A stretch of DNA of 64,000 nt, taken from the NCBI GenBank assembly GCA_010909165.1, contig VJWM01000205.1, forward strand, positions 62,001-126,000, read 5' to 3'. Within the stretch, counting starts at the first letter, position 1; every line of letters begins with the position of its first letter. Made by a program: the position numbers and the translations under genes. Of this stretch, positions 23,900-37,100 are shown piece after piece. The notes beneath the pieces were generated by a model that worked only from the letters and a program-made list of their open reading frames with translations, made no database searches and was not told the origin of the DNA. The DNA comes from Anthoceros angustus. Lineage: Eukaryota; Plantae; Anthocerotophyta.

Positions 23900-26383
23900 G
23901 TGCTTACCTCGATCGCATCCCGCTCCTCGTTCGCTCCTCCATTGCTCCTCTCCGCGCTCCGTCATCTCAAGCAGGGGCCACTAGGGTCCCTGTCTTGTCC
24001 CTTCATCTCCTTGAGCCTTCCGGTCCGTCCGTTTGTGACGTCGAGGCTTCTGCCTTGAGCTCGGCGTGGTAATAGGCAAAGTCAGATCGACTTGTTGAAT
24101 TGCCTCTTCCACGTGTGCGGGCACCGATACTCCCTCCGCCATAAGTGTTAGGTGGCGTCTTTGCCCGGCTTGTTGGGCCACCTCTCTGCCCAGTTGGTGG
24201 GCAGGTACATCGCGAGGCTACGGCCTCGGTCACCTCCTGTGCAGTGCTCCTGCTCGGCTCCGTCGTTTCCTCTCCATTGACTTACCGCCATAGCGGCGTT
24301 CCCTTTCTTTGGACGGCGGCTTCTTTTCTTCCGGTGCTCGCTCCTCCGTTCATTACGGCCTTTAGCTCCGGCTCCTCTCCGGTGAGATACCTCCGTCCAG
24401 GCTCGGACTTCCTCCGGCTCATACAGCACAGCAGCGTCCAACTCCTTGGATAGTCGCGATTTTCCTCCGTCTTGACGGGCGGGCTGCTCTATTCGTGCTC
24501 AGTCGTGGATTCTCTCGTTGAGAATCACTGCTCAAGCGCATCTTGGGTTGTAGCTCAGCGTGTCCTAGTCCTCCATCTGCGCCTCCTCTACTTCCCTGGT
24601 GTACTCGGAGATCTCCTATCTCCCAGTCTTGGCCTCCATCTCCTCCCTGGCCTTGCTCCATAGCCTTTGTCACGGCCTTGAGTTAGCCTCGGTACTGTGA
24701 CTCTCTCCGGTTCGATCACGTCTGTAGTGATCCGGTCGCTCTTTTGCGACTTGCTCCTTCGCCGCCTTTTGGGCCTCGCCCACTTGGCCTCTGGCCGCGC
24801 CTCGCCCGGTCCCAGCTCTCTGCGCGTGCGGGCCTCTTAGCCTCTGCTGCGCTTCCCTCTTTTGCAAAGGTCCTCCGCGCGCTTGGGCCTCTGAGCTTGC
24901 TTGATTCGCCTGGTGAAGAACCTTAACCCGATCTGTGAACCGCGGGCCTCGCGCTCCGCCGGCGTTTCCCTTCCTCGATCCGGCGAGGGACTCCGCCTTT
25001 CCTTTGCCCCTCGGCCGCCTTCACTTGCTCTTGGGTTCCACCATCCTCCTCCGGGTGGCCTCCACTTCCACAGGTCTTCTCCTGTACCACGAGACCCCAA
25101 AGCATTCCGTCCATGGCGGTAGCAGGACTCGCCGTGTTTCTTCCACGGCCACGTGTGAGGCCCCACAAAGTCCGTAGTGGGAGCCGGCATTTCTCGTCCG
25201 CCAAGGACCTCCATACCCGATCGGTCGGTGGGTTCTCGGACCTAATCGGGACCCTCGGTCACAGTGGTGGTCGAGTCTCACCCTCTTGGCCCTCTTGGCC
25301 TCTAACTCCTTTGTGCCCTCTTTCTCACAGGGCTCGGAGGAGGTGAGGGGTCGGGAGCAAGCTCTTTTGCCCCTTCACAGCCGGGGCAGGACGGCTCGGG
25401 GTGTGCGCGTGACCTCCACTCCTTGGGCCACGTCCTTCTGCCCTCCTTACGCCTCTTGACCTCTTGCCACTCCGTGGGCGGGGTAATGCACCTTCGAGGT
25501 CTTTGCGTTGGTAAGCGGCACCGTCTTCCGCCTCTTGGCTCCCCGGGTTCGTCGGGGCTCGGCCGTCGTGGTTGTTATTGTGCCGGTGCGGAGGCCAGCG
25601 CCCTCGGCGCCTCCCTCTGTGCGGCTCGGAGGGCACCAAAAGGAGGAAGGGGAATCCTCCCAAACTTCACAGGTGGTGAGGGGTTCGCTCAGACGTGAGT
25701 CAGGAATCCTCGATCGTCCTCCTCCGAGTCGCTTGGTCTTGAAGGGCGACCCCCCCACCTCAGGCGCCCTTGCACGCTCTACTTGGCGGGGCCTCCGGCC
25801 CCCGGGCGCTCAAGCTCTCCTCCTTGAGCTCGAAATGTCCCCATACATGAATCGGTGTGGTCGGCCGATGAGGCTTCTCGCTCCTTAGCTTGCGTGCCTC
25901 CCACTGGCAGGCGAAGATAATCCTTCCCCGGTCGCTCTCTTCCCATTGGGCGCATGCGAGAATACCAGCAGTTATCACCAAGGTGATCCACCTTGGTGGC
26001 GAGTTCAATGGACAATGATCCGGGCTACCGCCCTTACTCATCCCGGATCGGATATCAACCATCCGTTGGTTGTCGCTGCGTTCGAGCCTCGGCGCGCGGT
26101 GGGCCCTATCTTCCCCGCCTTAAGGGGCTCGGCACCACGCCCCTTCTTCCTCCTTGGGCGGTTGTAGGCCATCCTCGGGACCTCAAGGTCCGCCGCCTCG
26201 GGTCCTCCGGAGGTTCTTGGATCGGACCTCCTTGTTGATCGGTCGACCATTTGGAACGTCCGGATGCCACTCTGCACCAATTCCCACACTTCCTCCGGCC
26301 GGGCCGAAGTCCGGATAGCGCGGGTCACAATGTTGCGCTCCACGGTCCATGGCTCCCAGTTTCCGTCGGCTTTTGGGTGCCAT
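23900..26383 (-). CDS. LTR-encoded extra ORF of family A (unknown function; frameshifted in every copy; 3' end approximate). Other starts at 38588, 40099 and 52847
   Basis: ATG in a strong plant context (AAAGCAATGGCA); consensus MAPK.PTEVWEPW.VERNIVT.RYPDFGP..INKEVRSKNLREDPRRWTLEV.RMAYN.P..NGWLISD..RVRAVARIIV, followed by basic and charged low-complexity segments. Conserved in family B. Confidence 0.7.
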
Positions 26384-26998
26384 TGCTTTCTCCTCCTCTT
26401 GTTCTTTGTGCTGCTGGCGTCGGGCACGATGTTCCTCCTTCGCGCGTTGTTGCTCCAACCTTGATGCGCCCGCTCTGGCGGCCCAAAAGGCGCGCCCGAG
26501 GATTGCGGGCGCAAGGCTGTGAGGATTGCGGAGGCTGCGGAAAATGACCTCCCTCCTTGGCGCTTGTGGAAATGGCTGGGCGGAAGGCGCCTCTTGTCTG
26601 CGCGAGTGCATGGCTTACTCGACCCTCGCCACTTACTGCGGCCTTACGCCGCCGGGCGCGTGAATACTGCCTGCGGCCTCGGCAGGTTACGGTCACCTCA
26701 CATGCCCGACCTCCACTCGGGGCCGTCCGTGGCGCCGCCTCGTCATCCTCACGCCTCGCTCCTAGGTTACTTTCCTGGCGTACTTATCCTGACACAGGTG
26801 GGTTCGGACTTATCCGTTACTCGGCGTAGTCCGGAGCTTGCCATAGTGTGCCGGGGTCCGTTGTTCACTCCAGTCGGAGTATACTCGAGCCTCGTCCGCG
26901 CTACCCCAATTTATTCCTCCTTTTCCGCCTTATTTATCCTTCAATCCTAAAAACAGAAACCCTACTTATTTCTTAACTCCCGAAGTGCATAGCCCACA

Positions 26999-27011
26999 TA
27001 CTCCCCTTCTC
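26999..27011 (-). other. Polypurine tract (further copies at 28314-28326 and from 40722)
   Basis: Minus strand GAGAAGGGGAGTA directly abuts the LTR start TGTGGGCT. Confidence 0.85.
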
Positions 27012-30000
27012 ATCATTGGCGTCTCGCCAACACTAAGCATACTTCTTCACCCGCCACCCGTTTACCAGTGGGCGACTCTCCATCTAGGCGTGGGCCGGAC
27101 CCGTTGTCATATACTTGCACCACTTAGTGCGGACCCATCCATCTCGGTGAAGTTTGCACGGAAAATGCATGTGGCGACTATCATAAAGGAGGCGGGTCCC
27201 CTTCCTTTACATACTCGATTCCGATCGGCGATCGTGCCAAATCTTTTGGTTTTGCACCATGCATCTTGGTGAGCTTCTTCCACATCCTCTGTCTTTGCAC
27301 AAACCCCAAGAGTCGCTCGGTGGCTTTCCTCTTCATCGGTCTCCTTCCATCATTACTCGAAAAGTGGGCACTTCAAACTCTCGGCATTACGGAGAGTGTG
27401 TGGGTCAAGTAAGGGTCCGTTGTGTGGTCACCTTCTCTGCTGTCCGGGCATACGGTCTGCGGATGGCGACTTAGTATCCATCATGGGCGTAGTTCCTGTG
27501 AGTTTATTCGAGGATCCTGCGGATGAGCCCATTTGTCTTCTCTGTCGACCCATTGGCCTTAGGATTGTAGGGTGCCGTCTTGCGATGATTGATGCGAAAT
27601 ACTCCGTCATGGCGGCCACCACATCATTAAGGAAATGGGTTCCCCTATCACTTACCAAGCTGCGGACATCCGTGCGGGTTATGATGTTCTCGTGCGAATT
27701 TGGCCACGGTATTTGCGAGTCCGTTCTTGTACCGCCTCTACCCACAGTGCGGTGATGGCCACCGGGATGTATCTCCTTTGTGTGTGTCTTGTCGTGGGTG
27801 TATGGGTCCAACAAAGTCAATACCCACTTTTGAAGGTGCGGTGCCAATATCGGTACTAGCGGCCCTTTGTGTCGTCGGGGTTGGCTTTCCGATCCGACAA
27901 GCATCACACTTCTTCCTAAGCGGTGGGTGTCCCCATACATTGTTGGCCACCGATCCGCTTCAAAATCTTTTGGTGGTGACTGTCTTGCGTAGTGTCCTCC
28001 CCAATCCTTCGTGCATTCCCACAGCGGCTCCTCTCTGCGGTTGCAAGTACCTTCGTTCTACTCGTCAGGCCCTAATTTGAACACACACCGTTGTACATTA
28101 CGAAGGGTCGAGCATAGTGCACGAATGCCTCCCTCATCCGAGTGATTTTGGAAGCTCCATTCCCAGTACCGCTCTATTTCTTCGTGGGTCGGACGGCGGA
28201 CCCTCCCTTCTCCGCGCTACCCCAATTTATTCCTCCTTTTCCGCCTTATTTATCCTTCAATCCTAAAAAAGCGAAACCCTACTTATTTCTTAACTCCCGA
28301 GTGCATAGCCACATACTCCCCTTCTCATCTGTTGGCGTCTCGCCAACACTAAGCATACTTCTTCACCACCCGTTTCGAGTGGGCAGACTCTCCATCTATC
28401 GTGGTGGGCCGGACCCGTTGTCATATACTTGCACCACTTGATACGGACCCATCCATCTCGGTGAAGTTTGCACGGAAAATGCATGTGGCGACTATCATAA
28501 AGGAGGCGGTCCCCTTCCTTTACATACTCGATTCATGATCGGCGATCGTGCCAAATCTTTTGTTGGTTTTGCACTGCGCATCTTGGTGAGCTTCTTCCAC
28601 ATCCTCTGTCTTTGCACAAACCCCAAGAGTCGCTCGGTGGCTTTCCTCCTCGTCTCCTTCCATCATTACTCGAAAAGTGGGCACTTCAAACTCTCGGCAT
28701 TACGGAGAGTGTCCGTAGGTCAAGTAAGGGGTCCGTTGTGTGGTCACCTTCTCTGTCCGGGCATACAGTGCGGATGGCGACTTGGTATCCCGATCATGGG
28801 CGTAGTTCCTGTGAGTTTATTGATCCTGAGATGAGCCCATTTGTCTTCTCTGTCGACCCATTGGCCTTAGGATTGTAGGGTGCCGTCTTGCGATGATTGA
28901 TGCGAAATACTCCGTCATGGCGGCCACCACATCATTAAGGAAATGGGTTCCCCTATCACTTACCAAGCTGCGGACATCCGTCGGGGTTATGATGTTCTCG
29001 TGCGAATTTGGCCACGGTATTTGCGAGTCCGTTCTTGTCGCCGCCTCTACCCACAGTGCGGTGGTCAGTGCCACGGGATGTATCTCCTTTGTGTGTGTCT
29101 TGTCGTTGTATAGGTCCAACAAAGTCAATACCCACTTTTCGAAGGTGCGGTGCCAATATCGGTACTAGCGGCCCCGTGTCGTCGGGGTTGGCTTTCCGAT
29201 CCGTGACAAGCATCACACTTCTTCCTAAGCGGTGGGTGTCCCCATACATTGTTGGCCACCGATCCGCTTCAAAATCTTTTGGTGGTGACTGCGTAGTGTC
29301 CTCCCCAATCCTTCGTGCATTCCCTAGCTCCTGTCTCTGCGGTTGCAAGTACCTTCGTTCTCCGTCAGGCCCTAATTTGAACACACACCGTTGTACATTA
29401 CGAAGGGTCGAGCATAGTGCACGAATGCCTCCCTCATCCACAGTGATTTTGAGCTCCATTCCCAGTACCGCTCTATTTCTTCGTGGGTCGGACGGCGGAC
29501 CCTCCCTTCTCGCTAAGGCGATTCTCGTAGCTTGGGGTTGTCTGGGCTCCTCGGTTGTACTTTACTGCGGCAACCAATGTCTCCAGGAGCATCTTCACGA
29601 TCTCTCAACACTGCTTTCTGTTTTCAATCGTGAAATCGCATTTTGGTCTTGCCTCCCTTGTCTTGTTTCCACTTGACGTGAACTCCTGCGGCAACAATAT
29701 CCACCTTGCTATCCGTCCGGACAGTCCGCCTTATTCACCGGATGCTTGAAAAAGTGGTCTACATAGAACACAAACTCAGGGGTAGTAGGTAGTGTCGAAT
29801 TTCTTGACGCCATACCGATGCTTGGCTTCTAGTATGTTTTCGTTCAGCGTGGGTGACGCCGTCCGTAGTATATCGGGATAATCCGCTTATCGTCATACGC
29901 TCGGCACTACTCCGATAGCGGACATCTACATACACATGAAATTTCTGCTCGGTCCGGTCCTCTTAGGGCGGTGCGCTTACCAAGGTGTTACGTAAATCCA

Positions 30001-33000
30001 AGGCCTCCTCTCGCTCACGTGACCGGTCCAAACCTCCTCCTTCATGATGGTTACATCAACTTAGCCGCCCTCTTGTAAAGTCCTTAATAAACCGGTAGTA
30101 TCCCACCATTCGAAACCTCGGCTCCTTTAGGTTCGTGGTGGAGGCGGATGACCGGACCTTGTCTGGTCCACCTCGATTCCCGACACCCGATGTCCAAGAT
30201 TCCCTCCGTCATTCCAAAGTAGCATTTCTCGGTGTAGGCTCAATCTCCGAGCGCTCAAGCACCTTCTTAGATGCCCAAGGTGTTTGTCCTGCTCCCCATG
30301 CACACAAAATCATCCAGAATATCTCCATGAAGTCCCTCGAAGTCACGGAAGGCGTTGGTCACCATACGCATGAGCGACCACAGGCGCTCGGTCATCCCAA
30401 AGGCACTTCTCTTGTAGGCAAGCGTACCCCACTCCGTAGTGAAGGTCGTCTTGTCCCCATCAAACTCCCTTAGGTGCAATTGGTTATATCCGGAGTAGCC
30501 ATCCGGAAGGAGTAAGTAGTCCGTCCGACCACCTTGTCCAAAATGTCGTCTCTGAATGGCATCGGAAGTGGTCCTTCTCGTTCGTTGAGCTTCCTCAATC
30601 TTGGCATACCGAATTTGTCTGTGTTTCTTGGGAACCACCACAATCGGTAGCGACCCACTCGATTGTGATGGGGAAAATGATGTCTGCCTCCGGTACTTAT
30701 CAAGGACCTCCTTCACCTTGATCGAATACTTGGGGTTGAGCTTGTATTGTCGGATTGGCACGCTCACGGCTTCGATCTTATGCTCTCCCACTTCTTGAAT
30801 GCCCTTCATGTCCGTGACCTTGAAGGCGAACACCTCATAAAACTCCCCAGGTTGCTTTAGTCCTTCCTTGGTCCGGAGGCATGCCTTTCTTAAACTTGAA
30901 TTTGCTGGGACCTCCACTTCTTCCACGTCGTCCGGGTTCACGTCTCCCGTTCGTCTGCCTCATTCCAAACCCCTCGTCCTCCTCTCGGGATCGTCCTCTC
31001 GCATCCCCATTCTCGAAGAGCTCGTCGGAGGTGAATCGTGTTACTCCTTGATGTCCGCTTTTCCTTGGTCCGACTCTTGTTGTCTCCCCTTGTCTTTGGT
31101 CCGACCTCCTCTTCACTTCCTTCCTCCGGCCCGTTGTGGCGTTTACTCAAAACAATCAACCACTTCCGCGCCAAAGGCATCCATGTAGTCCATCTCCTCC
31201 TCGGACCGGATCTTGGCGAAAGTCGCCTCCTCGGAACTATCTTGTTCGTCGGTGGAGTCCTCCGGTATACCCTTCGGTAGTGCTCACGGTTTCCCACAAT
31301 AGGTGTCCTTGCTCCGGTGATAGCAACCCTCCCTTCTCGCCTTAGGGTCCCAGTCCACCGGCTTGAAGTGAATCTCCTTCCTTCCAAAGTGTAGCTTTGC
31401 AGGCCAACCCGGCCATGGCCGCCCAACACCTCATACCCTAATGGTCCGGCGGTTTGATCACAACAAAATCCGGTTTGTAGGGTGCGCTATGGTGGCCAAG
31501 ACTCGGTTAACTCCCCCGGATCTCTTCTTGACATATACGCCATTCTCGAGTCTTCGTTGAGGTTGAAGGATGTGAAGCCCAATTTTCGTGCCGTGGCTTG
31601 GTGATGAGGTTGACTCGGACCCGTGTCCAGGTACATCCTTGATGATACATCCAATCTCCACTTGTACCCTGGCGCCCCAGGTCGTATGGGACACCACCCT
31701 CACTTCCAACATGCTACCCTTCACGGCTTTGGTGCTCACGGTGGGTTTCCCCTAACGGCCCGGACCTCTTGCCGGTATTTGGGTTATCCCTCGGTTGTCG
31801 AAAGGACACAAGGTGCTGATTCATCATCGGTCGCCACATTAAAGGAGGCTTCTACCCCAATCGAGGATCCTGCTGCGTCCTCATCCTCTCCCGGTCACGT
31901 GTTACGGTATTCTCCGGATGCTTGCGCATTTCCTCCTGCAACATCTCGGTCACCTCCGGACTACGTCCGGTGGAAGCTAACGTCGCCGTCGAGGCACCGT
32001 TCCCTTCTCTCACATCTTGGAGAACTTCCTTGGGTAATCCCTCGGAGGCCCCGTCGCCTCCTTCATCGGTCGGATCCTCTGCTGGTATTTCCGTTTGATT
32101 GCCTTCCTCGGCGTCAGTGCGCTTCCTCGATCTTGTTCTTCTTCAATGGCGCCTTTCGTCGCTCCTTCCTTGACTACAGTAGACACCTCAAGATTTCCTC
32201 CTGCAACATCTCGGTCACCTCCCGGACTACGTCCGGTGGAACGTCGCCGTCGCGGAGGCACCGTTCCTTCTCCATCTGTCGGAGAACTTCCTTGGGTAAT
32301 CCCTCCGTGAGCTGCCGTCCAGCCCTCCTTCATCGGATCCTGCTGGTATTTCCGTTTGATTGCCTTCCTCGGCGTCAGTGGCCTTCCTCGATCTTGTTCT
32401 TCTTCAATGGCGCCTTTCTCGTCGCTCCTTCCTTGACTACAGTAGACACCTCAAGATTTCCACTCCCTTCCTTTCGACACCCCCCGTACCTTCTTGTTCT
32501 TTTCCATCTCGCGTACCTGGGAATCTCTTCCCACTCCATAGAGCATCTTGACTTGCCGTACGGTCTTAGGAGGTGGCGTTGGTGGTCGAGTTCTCCGCTT
32601 GGTGTGGCATATCGTCGTCCTTGTGAGGTTGGGACATAGCGTCTTGCTGTCATATGCCCGGCACCTTGCGATCGCCACCACGCTCGAAGTCCCCATTACC
32701 ACCTCGTTGGAGTGCGGACGCGTTGGAGTAATGGCGATTCCGCGGTTCCAGACCACGCGGCCGTCGGAGGATACGAAGGGCTCCCATGCGGTCTTTGCAT
32801 CGGTGGGGCTCGTTGTATTGAGACCTCCGGTTGGCGGATACATGGTTTTGGGATATCGCGGCCCGGAGGGCTTCACATGCGATAGGCCTCTTCCCATTGC
32901 TCCTCGGCCTCCTCCTCGTATTCGTAGTCCACTTGATGCAGGCCTTGAGGCGGTTGGACTTCGAATGGCCGTGTTCTTGGCACGGCACACGAGATGCGTT

Positions 33001-34118
33001 CGCCGTAGTCGGTGTTTTCCGCGCTCTCGGTCCTTAACTGGTTATCGCGGTCCTCTACTCTCTTTATCACTTTTCCGGTCCTCCGCACTGCTACCTCCTT
33101 TGAGGGAGTCGGGTCGGGGAGCTTCTCGGACGGTCTTGGTGTCACCACCTCCTTCTTACCACCTGCTTCTTTTTGGCGGGGCTTTCTTGCTCTTCTTCTT
33201 GCGGGATACTCTTCCTCGCTAGAGACCTCCGTCTCTTCTTGGACTGCTCCTCCTCCGAAGACACCTCGATTGGTCTTCCTCCTCCTCGAAGACTCTTCCT
33301 CCTCAGTCGAACCCCGTTTCTTCTTCTTCTTCTTGCCTCCTTGGATTTCTTTATCCTCGATGTAGCGATTCCTCGTAGTTTTCGGCCGCTCGACCGCCTT
33401 GCCACGTCCTTCTCGGCTAGCGGCGGGGCGTGCACAGCCATGGGTTTGGCTAGACCGGCGCGAACCACCGTCGCTTGCATCGTGGTATGGGTTGGATGCC
33501 GATCCTCGGGGCATAGAACCGCTCGATGTCTGAGCCCGGCTTCTCCTTCTTCCCTCGCTTGATTTTCCAACTTTGATAATACATACCCCTCACGGTGATC
33601 CTCGAAACCGTTCTAAGAAGGCATTTTCAAAGCTTCAAGCGAGGCGGGTGGGGCATTCTCCGGTGGTCGGTACTTTCTCCGATACCATTGGTTGTCCTCG
33701 GAGAACCCCTTGGAAAATTTGGATGAGGCGTCGACTCCCTCTCCGTTGAAGTTGGCTTTGGACATGAAGTCCTCCACAAAGGTCTCGCATCCGCTCCTTC
33801 TTCCCTCCGAATATGGAGTCGCTTGTTTGGTCGAGGTAGGGGCCATGGCTGCGCCATCGATGGGTTAGGCGTGGTCCTACCTTCTTCCGTTGGCGTCCCT
33901 TGTACCCGTACTCGTCTTGGTCCAATTCGACCACGTTCTCCTCCTCGATCGGTGCTCTCTCGTTGGGTTTGGCGTCTCTCCTCTCACGGCTCGGAGAGCG
34001 AGTGACCACGTCCGATCCTCGGCAGTTCACTCTTGACCGTCGCTCGACGCATTCACTTACCTTCTCTTCCTAAGGGCGCGCTGCGGCACCAGACCGATTT
34101 CATTCCCGAACGCCAAAA
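26999..34118 (-). mobile_element. Internal region 1: gag (~33.9-32 kb), aspartic protease (~31.6 kb), RT (~30.9-30.2 kb), RNase H (~29.95-29.7 kb), integrase (~29.4-28.7 kb, partly duplicated at 27.4-28.1 kb); frameshifted
   Basis: ALKNAFLERF (gag), DGYSGYNQ..DKTTFTTEWGT.AY..AFGM..DDF (RT), HVYVD.SAIG and KKFRHYLL (RH), CDAC..GIDFVGP..LVSDRGTHFLND (IN). Confidence 0.9.
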
Positions 34119-37100
34119 TGTGGCGGACTTTCTTGATGGCGGTAGCGCACAATCCGTGTCGTTGTAGGAAGAAGTCCGTTCCCAAAGGGAATGATAGGCC
34201 CGTTTACGCGTTTGGTGATTCTTACCGTCCTTAGCGCTCGTTCGGTCTCAACACACATACTCCTAACTACTCACAGCGTTCCGTCTGAGGCCGGTATGGC
34301 CAAGCGTTTAGGACCCGTTCGCGTCCGTATCGTTCACATACATCCCCCTCGCATCGATCCTTTCCTCTCTCCTCTCACGCTACACTCTTGATCTTAGAAA
34401 AACGGGTTCTGATCCGGACCTCCTCTCGTTCAGCGGGCCTCTCCGTCCGGGCTCTACACCCTCCGGAGTTCCTCCGGCTCACGCGCGTTCGGTCAGTTCG
34501 GTGTCGGACGCGGCTCGGGGCAACACGGGTCACGATCACCCTTCCTGCACACACCACAGCGTTAAGTCCGTCACGGGACCTTGATCAATCTCCCGGGGTG
34601 CCGTGCACCTTTCGGTGACTCGGGACTCACGTTAGCAAGAAGACTCACAAAGGTGCAGAGCGGCATCAACACCAAGAGAAAGATGCTTTACTAGGCGGCC
34701 TCGGCCCTCTTATCTGCGCCCAAGGCGGCGTCTTTATTACACCCCTATTGCGTGATAGCGGTATACCCTAATCGCCGCCTACCCTATTTTCCCCTATCTC
34801 CTTGTGGTGGGAAGGTCCACAGGCCCCGCCGGAATGGGTGGTCAATCCCCGTCACAGCGGTTGTGGTGCACCCAATCGGATGATCCGTGAGGCGGGCCCT
34901 CCTCTCCCGGAATCACAGCCGGGTTGGGCTCTGGCGGTCGACAACGCCGTTACCACGCGTCATCCTCCCTGGCCTCCACAGGTCCTTGCGGTGGGGCCAC
35001 CCTATCTGCTCCCCTAAGCGTAAGTCGAAGGGGCTCCTCCTTCTTGCCGATCCGGTCCTCGAGGTCTGTCTCGACTCACGAACTTGAGTCCTTATTTCAC
35101 AGGTCCGGCTAGGTCCGACCTTGTCTGGGGTCCGGACCTCGGGGTCGGTTGTCCGGACTTGAGTCGGACTTATTGGTCCGGACTTGGTCGGACTTATTCG
35201 GTCCGGACTTGATCCGGCCTCCCTCAGGTCCGGACAAAGTCCGGACTCACGCCCACCGGGTTTCCTCCCTCACGGGACTCCTCCGTGGCTCTCCTCGAAG
35301 TCCTCCTTCCCGATCGCCCGGTGACTCCCGTTGGCCCCTCCTTCCATGGTGAGGTGCGGGGTGCTTACCTCGATCGCATCCGCTCCCTCGTTCGCTCCTC
35401 CTTGCTCCTCTCCGCGCTCCGTCATCTCCAAGCAGGGCCACTAGGGTCCTGTCTTTGTCCCGTGGCCTTCATCTCCTTGAGGCCTTCAGTCCGTCCGTTT
35501 GCGGCCGTCGAGGCTTCTCGCCGGGGGCTCGGTGGTAATAGGCAAAGTCAGATCGACTTGTTGGTGCCTCTTCCACGTGTGCGGGCACCGATACTCCTCC
35601 GCCATAAGTGTTAGGAGGCGTCTTTGCCCGGCTTGTTGGGCCACCTCTCTGCCCAGTTGTGTGGGCCGGGTATCGCGAGGCTACAAGGCGGCCTCGGTCA
35701 CCTCCTGCAGTGCATGTTGCTCACTGCTCCGGCTCCGTCGTTTCCTCCATTGCCCGGCTTACCGCCGCCGCGCGGCGTTCCCTTCCGCCTTTCTCGGTGG
35801 ACGGCGGCTTCTTTTACCTTCCGGTGCTCGCGCTCCTCCGTTCATTACGGCCTTTAGCTCGCGGCTCCTCTCCAGGCGGTCGGATACCTCGTCCGACTCG
35901 GACTTCCTCCGGCTCATACAGCAGCAGCGTCCAACTCCTTGGATAGTCGCCGATTTTCCTCCGTCTTGACGGGCTGGGCACTCTGCGTTCGTGGATTCTC
36001 TCGTTGAGAATCACTGCTGCTCAAGCGCATCTTGGGTTGTAGCTCCAGCGTGTCCTTCATCCTCCATCTGCTGCGCCTCTCCTCTACTTCCCTGTGCTCG
36101 GAGATCTCTATCTCCCAGTCGGCCTCCATCTCCTCCTGGCCTTGCTCCATAGCCTTTGTGCGGCCTTGAGTTAGCCTCGGTCTGTGACTCTCTCCACGGT
36201 TCGATCACGTCTGTAGTGATCCGGTCGCTCTCTTGGCTCCTTCGCCGCCTTTACAGGCCTCGCCCTTGGCCCCCCACTCTGGCCGGGCCTCCGGTCCGAG
36301 CTCTCTGCTTGTGCCGGGCCTCTTAGCCTCTGCTGCGCTTCCCCTCACTTTGCAAGGTCCTCCGCGCTTGGCCTCCCAGGCTTGCTTTTATTCGCCTGGT
36401 GAAGAACCTTAACCAGTCTGTGAACCGCCGGGCCTCGCTCCGCCACCGGCGTTCCCTTCCTCGATCCGGCGAGGACTCCGCCTTTCCTTTGCCCCTCGGC
36501 CGCCTTCACTTGCTCTTGGGTTCCACCATCCTCCTCGGGTGGCCTCCACTTCACAGGTCTTCTCTACCACGAGACCCCAAAGCATTCCGTCCATGGCAGG
36601 ACTTCGCCGTGTTTCTTCCACGGCGAGTGAGGCCCCACAAAGTCCGTAGTGGGAGCCGGCATTTCTCGATCCAGGACCTCCATCCCTTGATCCGGAGTAA
36701 GTCGGGTTCTCGGACCTAATCGGGACCCTCGGGTCACAGTGGTGGTCAGTCTCACCCTCTTTGGCCCTCTTGGCCTCTAACTCCTTTGTGCCCTCTTTCT
36801 CACAGGGCTCGGAGGAGGTGAGGGGTCAGGAGCAAGCTCTTTTGCCCCTTCACAGCCGGGGCAGGACCCGGCTCGAGGTGGGGCTGCGCGGTGACCTCCT
36901 GCTCCTTGGGCCACGTCCTTCTGCCCTCCTTACGCCTCTTGACCTCTTGCCACTCAGGTGGCGGGGTAAGTCACACCTCGAGGTCTTTGCGTTGGTAAGC
37001 GGCACCGTCTTCGCCTCTTGGCTCCCGGGAGTTCGTCGGGGCTCGGCCGTCGTGGTTGTTGGCATTGTTGCAGCCGGTGCGGGCCAGCGCCCTCGGCATC

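Larger units (their letters stand above)
22697..26998 (-). repeat. Family A LTR copy 1 (3' LTR, 4302 bp)
   Basis: Bounded by the TSD on the left and the PPT on the right; same ends as copy 4. Confidence 0.9.

Noticed and set aside
23900-26383. Calling the LTR ORF an env gene
   Set aside because: No signal peptide or clear transmembrane segment is recognisable in the readable fragments; left as unknown function.
22697-26998. Retrozyme-type hammerhead ribozyme in the LTR
   Set aside because: No CTGATGA...GAAA core was spotted by eye; an Infernal/Rfam scan would be needed to exclude it.
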